From: Ylistrum balloti
Lineage: Eukaryota
Assembly (NCBI RefSeq): GCF_031769215.1
Contig: NW_026782484.1
Span: forward strand, 310,001 to 374,000
DNA length: 64,000 bases
Direction: 5' to 3'
Shown: one piece after another, positions 55,506 through 64,000 of the stretch
Layout of the letters: each line of letters begins with the position of its first letter
Numbering within the stretch: the stretch's first letter is position 1
Notes under the pieces: generated by a model
What the model was told of the DNA's origin: nothing
The model's database searches: none
Seen by the model: the letters and a program-made list of their open reading frames with translations, nothing else
Program-made: the position numbers and the translations under genes

Positions 55506-56006
55506 ACTCATGACTCTCCTTACTATAGAAGCAACTCTGTGATGTAAGTAGGAAGTTTTTTTGACAACTTTTGATAATCGGCAGTGCTCTACTTCAATAT
55601 AATTATGTATTATATGTTTGCAATCATTGATAATCAATCTTTAATGGTCGTTGACCTTTTCTCGCCGAGTACCAATTCTCGTCAATGCTTACGGAAATTT
55701 TATTTATTTGGTTTTATCTATGTTTATTTTTACTGTAAACTATTGATGACGATCACTTTCAGTATAAAATTTCAATTAATGACTCTTGTTACTATCGCCA
55801 ATGAGTATTCATCTGTTACAGTCTATCACATAATAACAACGACTTCAGAAATGTGACGGTGTTAATTATAATGAACACAATTGACTAGTTTGTGTTTTGA
55901 CACATATTGAAATATTCTACTTTATATCATATGTCAATTTTATGAAGACGAAAATGTGTTAAGCACGAAATTGTTTACTTAAATGTGTTTTTTCTTTTTC
56001 TTTCAG

Positions 56007-56100
56007 ACATCGCGCAATATTTACAGTTACCAATACGTCTGTGGAATTAGTTTGTTTGCTTGTGTTTTTCGTTAAGTTGATTAAAAAAAGAATACATAAA
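56007..56100 (+). other. Non-coding terminal exon of Gly/Tyr-rich gene 1 (3' boundary approximate)
   Basis: Donor GAT|gtaagt at 55543, acceptor tttcag|ACATCGCGCAATATT at 56007; homologous to 63782 onward; ATTAAA near 56079. Confidence 0.7.
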
Positions 56101-56202
56101 TTTTGTTTTCGTGTGTTTTTTTATCTGTTTTGTTTCATTCATGCTAAGTATAGATTAAAAAATACCGATAATTATTAGCTTCCTGTTTTAAGTAGCATTT
56201 TC

Positions 56203-56375
56203 AACCCTATTTCCCTAGCCGAACCCTATACCGGACGGTACCATAGGGCTTTCCCTAACCTAATACTGTATTGGACGGTACCATAAGGATTTCCCTAACC
56301 TAACCCTATATCGGCCGTACCATAAGGATTTCCCTAAACTAACCCTATATCGGACGGTACCATAGGGGGTTTCCT
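56203..56375. repeat. ~40-bp tandem repeat (4 copies) containing CCCTAA motifs
   Basis: Unit TTCCCTAACCTAACCCTATATCGGACGGTACCATAAGGAT. Confidence 0.85.
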
Positions 56376-58423
56376 TATCTAGTTAGAACTCATTTTGTTT
56401 TCTATTCCACATATTTGTTCTACATTTTAATCTTTTACAAAAATACAAGATTTTCCAGCTGTTGGATCTTTTACTTTCCAACTGGACTACAACTAAGGGC
56501 TAAAAATAAGGTCAAAATCCAAGATATCTGCCTATCTTGTTTCCATTTTCAAAATGAAAGGGTGCAACTTGGGATTGAGGGAAACTTTCATAAGGATATT
56601 CTCCCTTAAGTAACCTAAACTTACATTAATTTTGTTTAGACGGGCACCCTACCATAAGATGATGATGAATGTAAAAAAAAATATCTTTCCAATCTTCGGA
56701 TTTACTGCACTCTACCTTTGTACTGTTCCTAACGGACTATACAATTCAAACAATGTACGTAACAAGAAACAATATTTTCATCAATTGTTCATATTGGAAA
56801 TGTTGATATTCTCTTGCCTAAATTTTAATCTTAACCGTATCCAGCCTCCCTTATATAACGCGAAATCGGTTTTTGTACGTAATTCAACTTTTGTTGTATA
56901 TAACACTATTTGCTCTCGATGTCGTGCGATCTGCTTAATAACAGGACCCACTTAAGTGACGGTGCCTGTAATGGAACACTATCGGAAATGGAACACTTTA
57001 CATATATTTGACGTAGAATATCTATATTACAATACTAAGCATAAAACACATGTAAGTATCCTAAACAAAAAATTATGTATTCAATGTATCTGTAAGTTAA
57101 TATGCCAATTTTCATCAGTCTAAGTTTTCTATGTTGCTTGCCATCTCTATCAAAAATGTTCTCTCGTGATTGTCTTGCCTGGAAAGAAAACATTTTGATA
57201 AACCAAAAACTAAAATCAACTAGAAAGATTGCGAACTGTCGTTTTTGACTATCAGTTATACTATTCATAAACTACATGCATCTCAATTCCCCTACCTGTT
57301 AAAACGCATTGCTGATCTTGGTATGCCTTGCATCGTTCTAGGTATTGACACACATGTGCTGCAAGCATGTAACCATAATAATAAATAAAAGCTAAAGTGT
57401 ATATTTGTGCAAAAATGCCTAGCAACCCTAATCATGACTATGAACAGCTCTTACGGATATTGTCTAAAAGTGAATATTATGTTTCAATACAACTAGATAG
57501 AGTGTATGTCAGATAGCGAATTAACATTGTATCACGCTCTTGTTTCGTTTACCCCGAAGTCATCATTGTTGCAAGGAACTTATAGAATTCTAGAAGTCGT
57601 TCATATACACATTCTGTATTGCACCATAATTCAAACGAATTGACTGCGGCATGAATATACCCCGTGTTGTCTCAGAGTAATGAACGGACAGCGCAAAAGG
57701 ACTCAACTTTGGATTCAATGCTTTGATTTTGTATTAAACAATCTGTTGTGTGTCATTTGTACATTGAAAGTAACGGACACTTTTATTTCATTGAAATATT
57801 GTCATTGTACAGAATATACACATTAGCATAATTCAATATTGACAAAATATACCTCAAACGGTTTTAATTTTAGTGTTAGTGCAACTCTACCCCTAATCCC
57901 AAACTTATTTTTTTTTAATATTTTTATACCCATTTGGATTGCCTTTAATCGCCTTCCAAGTTCCAGCAACTTAAGCTCTCATCATCAGCGACGATTTCTA
58001 GGAAGAGAAACCTGTATGTCAGTTTAATTAATCGTTATCAACCGTCTTTGGTTCTAAGTCTATATTGAGAGGCGTTATTCATCTGTGTATCTTGTGTACC
58101 AGCGGGATCATTGCACATTGACATAATTATGTATAGCAAGTGTTTATGAAGATTTCACCAGTTGATGTCTATTGGTTGTAGACCCTAGAGCAAGAGGACT
58201 CCTGTTACATCTAGGCTGCCGAGACGACTGTCCTTTAATTCATCTGCTCTGACAACCCAGTTGAATCAATTATAAAGAGCTGATTATTATATCTCTAGGG
58301 AACATTAAATAAGAGATAACCATTGACTATCATTTTTTACAGTTGACCTATATGGAGATGAAACCTGTGTCACAGTTAACATTATCACTATCTGGGTTTT
58401 TAATTCAGAATGTCAGTAAAGGA

Positions 58424-58697
58424 CATCTACAGAGTAAAGCAAACATGTTAGATATGTCAAAGAATCCGTAATACTTAAAAATAAAGTCATCTACACAGTA
58501 AAGAAAACATGTTAGATATATTAAAGAAAAAGTGATACTGAAAAAATAGGGTTATCTACAGAGTAAAGAAAACATGTTAGATATGACAAAGAATCCGTAA
58601 TACTGAAAAATAAGGTCATTTACAGAGTAAAGAAAACATGTTAGATATGTCAAAGAAAAAGGTGGTACTGAAAAAATAAGATAATCTCCAGAGTAAA
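58424..58697. repeat. ~64-bp tandem repeat (4+ copies)
   Basis: Unit CATCTACAGAGTAAAGAAAACATGTTAGATATGTCAAAGAATCCGTAATACTGAAAAATAAGGT. Confidence 0.9.
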
Positions 58698-60984
58698 GTA
58701 ACTTTATTGTGTTTTAAATCATCACTACATTTCAAAAGGGGATTATCGCAGTGTTATGCAGAACAATAATATTATCATTATCTAGATAGCCTACACTCAA
58801 CGTATCAATGGTCAAAAAGAATTCGTTCCTAAATCCTGGGAATATGAAAATGTTTTAGCTGTTCGTGGGTATAGAACAAATACAGTCATTCGTAAAAAGA
58901 TGCAAAATAACATTATTTGACATGACATTATTTTCATTAAATTCTGAAGAAAAGAAGAGTAAATTTATTGGAAAATTACATAAGATTTAGTGAAAACAAA
59001 TTAAGACGGTTTTGCTTTAAAATACTTTGGCCAAACATTCAAGCAGTCGGAATAATTATTTTCATCACAAAATGTAAGCATCCGATGTCTTTCTGGCATG
59101 GTAAAATTTGATATTCATGATAGGGCAATGAAAATACCACCGAGTGAATCTTGAAAACTCCTTTTTGATATAATACGCATTTGATTTGTCGGTGAAAATA
59201 CTAATATTTAAAAAAAAATAAATAAAACAGGGCTCATTGTAATACATGACTCCATAAAAGACATCGATACTCTTACTTTCTACGCTTATGAAGAGTTTAT
59301 TCTAATGTGTCATCACAAACTTTTTGAAATACTTCAGTCTTTTATCTGTCATAAAATATCTGGATGAGGAAGATAAAAATAAAGTTCCATTAGAATTCGC
59401 TAAAACCTAATAACGTTGGGTTTTCATAAAAAGAGTAAAAGGCTCTAAAGAATTGTATAATCCTATGATAAAATAATGAAAGCACTCCTTCTGGTAGGTA
59501 AGACAATGAAATTAGTAGCTATTAATACGATCCTTTTTATAATAACTATAAATACAAAGCCTTATCTAGGGTTGTATCAGTATAACATATCAACCATATT
59601 TTGACCACTTCTCCTATTTATCGACTAGGAATATCGACCACCCTGCTCTGTCCTTTTTTACTTTAGAACAAGAAACTTCAGTACATATTAAGTGGAAAGC
59701 CAGATCAGAAAGTTGAGAAATATAGGATGTTTAAAAAAAAACAAAAACAAAAACAAATACAAAAATATCAATTAAATGAAATAAACTATAGGTACAACTT
59801 TCAACTCAAACGTTACACTATATCTTCAAAACAACCAAAAGGCGCCATATGCTATGAAATGATTTGTTTTGATTCAGCACTTGCTTACTAATTTTGTTAT
59901 TATCAAGTGCTTGTTATCCTTAGGTAACATGACATGTTTTAATATCACTTAATATAGATATAATCTGACTATACATCAATAGTTATCGTTGTATGTGTCT
60001 AACTCATTTTCACTGTAGTAAACACAATCGACTTTGTATATGTCAAGACATCCTATCATTTTATGTGATTCTATAACTAATTATTTTTCATTGTAGGAAA
60101 CATAATCTATTTTTTATGTGTCAAGATTTCCTATCATTTCAAAATACTTAAAGTAATTATCTTCTTATCAAAAGTTATTAGCAATTTGTATATAAATACT
60201 TAGTTATTTGCTTACCATCATAGAAAAAGCGAGACAACGCATATAATACTGGTAATATGGTCTTATTGGTTATGTCGTTATTAAAGGCTGATAAAAACGT
60301 GTCGGAATCATGAAATAGTTTACCATTTACATATAGGATATCAACGACAATGTCGAACAACTAGCTTAACGAAGCGCCGATCATTGTTAACATCTTCTAC
60401 ACCCTGAAATATTCTGCCTGTCCCACCCCTGCCGCAGTACATTGAATATGTATTTAACAGCAACATACTACAAAACTTATTGTTAATCTTTCTCTTGTTC
60501 ATTTCTCTGTCCTCGTTTCTTTGATGTTCTCATTCCGATTGCCAAGATATAATGTTGAATTAAGTATCTCCGTAATTCCTACCTTGATATAATGAATATA
60601 AGAGTTTACGGGTCTCTCTAGGTGACACATGTTACTTTCGCGAAAAGTAAAAAAAAAATTATTAGAACATAGATCCTCGCCGTTTCTGTACATTGTATAC
60701 GATGTCCTGGGTTGTAAAGCAGGAAGTCCCCAGTCCACCACAGATTTTTCCAGACTTCGTAACCACATATCTATCTTTGGGGCACTGCCCATAACGTTTC
60801 GATATGTAATACAGTATAATCTTATAAGACAACCGAGAAACGTAGTCTAACCGTACTTTTTACATCATTATTAAATTATTTTGGAATCCGGAAGACTTTA
60901 AGCGAACTTCATTCACATGTGTGAATTCCGAATAAGATGAACACGTGTTTTAATATCAATTAAAGTTAAGATGTGACGTTGAGA

Positions 60985-61505
60985 CAAATTTCGGTGAAAA
61001 GCAAATTAAAACCAGCTAGTAATTCCAAACTATCAAACAAAAGCCTAACACAGGTGAAGGAACCTTATTACATAGTAGAGCTAGTAATCACAAACCATTC
61101 AACAAATATTAAATACAGGTGAGGGAATCTTATTACACAATACAGTTAGTGAAAATCTCGGTGAATAAAAACTTAAAACCAGCTAGTAATCCAAAACCAT
61201 TCAACAAAAGTCTAACACAGGTGAGGGAGTCTCATTACACAGTACAACATGGAAACACAAACCATTAAACAAATATGAAACACAGGTGAGAGAATCTTAT
61301 TACACAATACAGCTAGTAATATCGAAACAGTAAAAAAACTCTAACACACCTGAGGGAACTTTATTACATAGTGCATTTAGTAATCCCAAAACATTAAACA
61401 AAAGTCAAATACAGATGAGGGAGCCTTATAACATGGCACAGTTATAAATCCCACAACGATAAACACAAGTCAGACACAGGTGGGAGTAAATTATTACATA
61501 GTAAT
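60985..61505. repeat. Degenerate ~65-bp tandem repeat (~7 copies)
   Basis: ACACAGGTGAGGGAA.CTTATTACACA.TACAGCTAGTAA recurs near 61047, 61113, 61215, 61280, 61344, 61409 and 61474. Confidence 0.8.
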
Positions 61506-61691
61506 AGGTATAAAGAAAGGTACATATCGTGATGTGTGGAGGGGTTCACAGGTTAATACTCTATATATTGGTCTGAGGTGTAAAACATGGGTTCTTATGT
61601 GAAAAGATAGCACAAAAGACACGCAAAAAAGATGTACCTATCAGGACAATTTAGACTTAGATAAGGTAGAGCCAAATAATGAATTAAACTT

Positions 61692-61733
61692 CATCATACA
61701 GCTGTTTCGTCCTTCTATAACTCGTCAGTGATG
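61692..61733 (-). ncRNA. Minimal type I hammerhead ribozyme motif with intact catalytic core
   Basis: Minus strand reads CATCA-CTGACGA-GTT(ATAGAAG)GAC-GAAA-C(AGCT)G-TA-TGATG: stem I of 5 bp, core, short stem II, GAAA, 2-bp stem III with palindromic loop, GUA cleavage triplet. Confidence 0.75.
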
Positions 61734-62349
61734 CGAAAGTAATAGATACACTAAACAAAACAATTATATTGTAGTTTGGTAAAACAACATGTAAAGAGTG
61801 GACATTTACTTTTGGTGGCTCTTTCACTGTAAAATATTTTTACTGGTGGTTGAATTTGATATAAGACAATATATGACAGATGTGTTAAATATTGATTTAA
61901 AAGTTTATTTTAATTCTGGATGATGGGATATGCCCATCTTGATAAAACACGAATATTGAATTCTAATGCTGAATAATGTGAATACAATTTTACCACTAAA
62001 TTAAGTAACCTGGCAGCGCTTATCCTCTAACGGTATTTTTATATACCTCTCTATAACATTTATAAATTTTCCATCACGGTGTTTGACTACAAGAACATTT
62101 ATAATGCGAATATAATGATGTATTTATGCATTTCACAATCGTGAATGTGGGTCAAATATGAAGATTATATATAAAACATGTCTTAATGTTGCTATATGTC
62201 GAAGGTTATTGCTATAATAAACATGCGTATATATAAATGTATCGTTACTCAGAACTTAAATAGTAAAATTAATTGGAATTTGATTTATCATATCCCTGTT
62301 CCTACAGATATAAGTATTACAGTGTAAATGTCGGTAACTGAAGACCCCT

Positions 62350-62473
62350 CCGGCCATACGTCACATTAAATCAGTACGACACGTGGAAGGGGCCAAGGTA
62401 ACAGGAAGTCACGGTACTGGCAGACAGGGGCTATAAAAGGGTCAGAGATGAAGAGAAACCTCACACTCAGCTG
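62350..62473 (+). promoter_or_regulatory. Core promoter and very short non-coding exon 1 of Gly/Tyr-rich gene 2
   Basis: CGTCA 62359, CACGTG 62380, CAGGAAGT 62402, TATAAAA 62432, Inr-like TCAC 62461, donor TG|gtaagt at 62473. Confidence 0.75.
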
Positions 62474-62610
62474 GTAAGTTTACAAGGCTATGCCTCGATA
62501 AAGTCATGTGTTTGTGAACTATTAGTGTTTTCTTTAAGACAAACCACTTAGGTTTTTATATGTATGCTATTGATATTAACTAGTGATAATTTTTATGTAT
62601 TCCAGTCACC

Positions 62611-63292
62611 ATGAAGTCGTCATCTGTCGCCCTTATTGCGATTTGCCTCTGTCTCGGCGTGTCATGCGCCTTTGGAGCCGGATATGGTTCCGATTATCAT
62701 GATTCCTACGGAAGCAATGGAGGTGGATACAACATAGGATATGGTTATGGAAGCGAATACGGAAGTGGTTACGGAAGCGGATACGGAAGTGGTTACGGAA
62801 GCGGATACGGACACTCCAAGGGATACGGAAAGGGATACGGAAAGGGATACGTCTCCACCGAGACCATCATTAGACAACCTTACCTCCAGCCAGTCGCTCC
62901 CCCACCACTACCACCACCCGACAATGACGAAGGTCTTTTTGGACTCGGCGGATCTGGACTTCTGTGTAAGTAATTTAGCTGTTAAAATATCTATATTTGT
63001 CTTTTTTGTATCATATTGATTACATTTCTCAATTTCCTTATATCTCTTGTTAGACCATTTACCCCTTTTCCGAGATCTACAACGGATGTATTCATCGGTA
63101 GACGTTTGTCCCAACTCTGACGTCCGCTGTGCATTGTTATACTACCTACCTGCTATATTTATAGATGCAAATGTCTATAACCATGTATTATTTTCATATT
63201 TATGTTTTGTACTTATCTTATAATGTGACCTTTCATTTACAGTGCTCGGTCTGCCCCTCCTTCTTCTCTTGAGGAACTCCAACTCCGGTTAA
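62611..63292 (+). CDS. Secreted Gly/Tyr-rich structural protein 2 (134 aa), paralog of protein 1
   Basis: Exons 62611-62965 and 63243-63292; same architecture with more GYGS/GYGK units and an identical C-terminal [16 protein letters not shown]. Confidence 0.88.
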
Positions 63293-63781
63293 ACTCCTGA
63301 CTCTTCTTACTATAGAAGCAACTCTGTGATGTAAGTATATATATCTCCGTAAGAGTCAACGATCAAATTATGCTTTGAATATAAGTTTTCCACTTCAAAA
63401 GATCTACCATATATTTTTAGTAATTAAAGAACGGCGAAATTTTGTTTAGAATAACAATCAAAAGATAGAATATTGAAAAAGAAGACTGCTTATTTAGGCC
63501 GTTCAAAGGGGTATGCATTTATGAGTCTTCTTTCAGTTCTAGAATGAATCAATGTATACAATTACACGGGATGAAAGCTTATCTAGCAGAAAAAAACTAG
63601 AAATGAAAATAAAAACTACTTCCTGCCTTGTACAGTACAATACAGTGCTTATATCGAAAAAAATAAACGTCTTCTTTTTCTCTTTTGTGATTATTTTCCA
63701 AGAGTGTGGCACAAATGTTCTGATCATCATCTTAGTTTTTAAATTTCGATTGTCTAAACTGTGTTTTTCTTTCCTTTCCAG

Positions 63782-63870
63782 ACATCGCGCAATATTGACA
63801 GTTGTTACCAGTTCGTCTGTGTGGATCTTATTTGTATGCTTGTACTATTGTTACGTTGATTAAAAAACAA
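63782..63870 (+). other. Non-coding terminal exon of Gly/Tyr-rich gene 2 (3' boundary approximate)
   Basis: Donor GAT|gtaagt at 63330, acceptor tttccag|ACATCGCGCAATATT at 63782. Confidence 0.7.
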
Positions 63871-64000
63871 TTAAGAAAAACAACAGTGTTTTATTTCTCA
63901 TTTCATATGGTATTGGCGATTCAACAATTACGTCAGTTTGAATGACAAAAAGTATAGTCGGTGGTTAACTGAAAAAGGCACATTGACTGATGAGTCAGTA

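Noticed and set aside
57830-58280. Slightly GC-richer stretch that might be a retroelement ORF relic
   Set aside because: Translations are interrupted by stops and show no recognisable RT, endonuclease or transposase motif.
55063-63019. Antisense and alternative-frame ORFs over the Gly/Tyr-rich exons ([16 protein letters not shown] repeats)
   Set aside because: By-products of the GGATACGGAAG repeat coding sequence.

Overview
AT-rich, intron-containing animal DNA; gene content and repeat types suggest a mollusc, probably a bivalve (inference, not proven). All gene models were spliced by hand from GT/GC-AG signals and protein-family recognition. From left to right: three tandem SLC46/PCFT-like MFS transporter genes (- strand, shared 84-bp and 157-bp internal exons); a tandemly duplicated ERH locus (- strand, two complete sets of exons 2-4, only one convincing ATG-only exon 1); SLC39A9/ZIP9 (+ strand, 7 exons) head-to-head with ERH; and two paralogous small secreted Gly/Tyr-rich protein genes (+ strand) with a conserved promoter module. 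Roughly 10 kb is minisatellite. There are also MITE-, SINE- and Helentron-like fragments and a dispersed repeat family carrying minimal type I hammerhead ribozyme motifs. The most notable observations are the ERH duplication with a possibly shared first exon and a possible N-terminally extended isoform, the hammerhead elements, and tandem repeats grown out of splice junctions. No CRISPR, rRNA or tRNA genes were seen.
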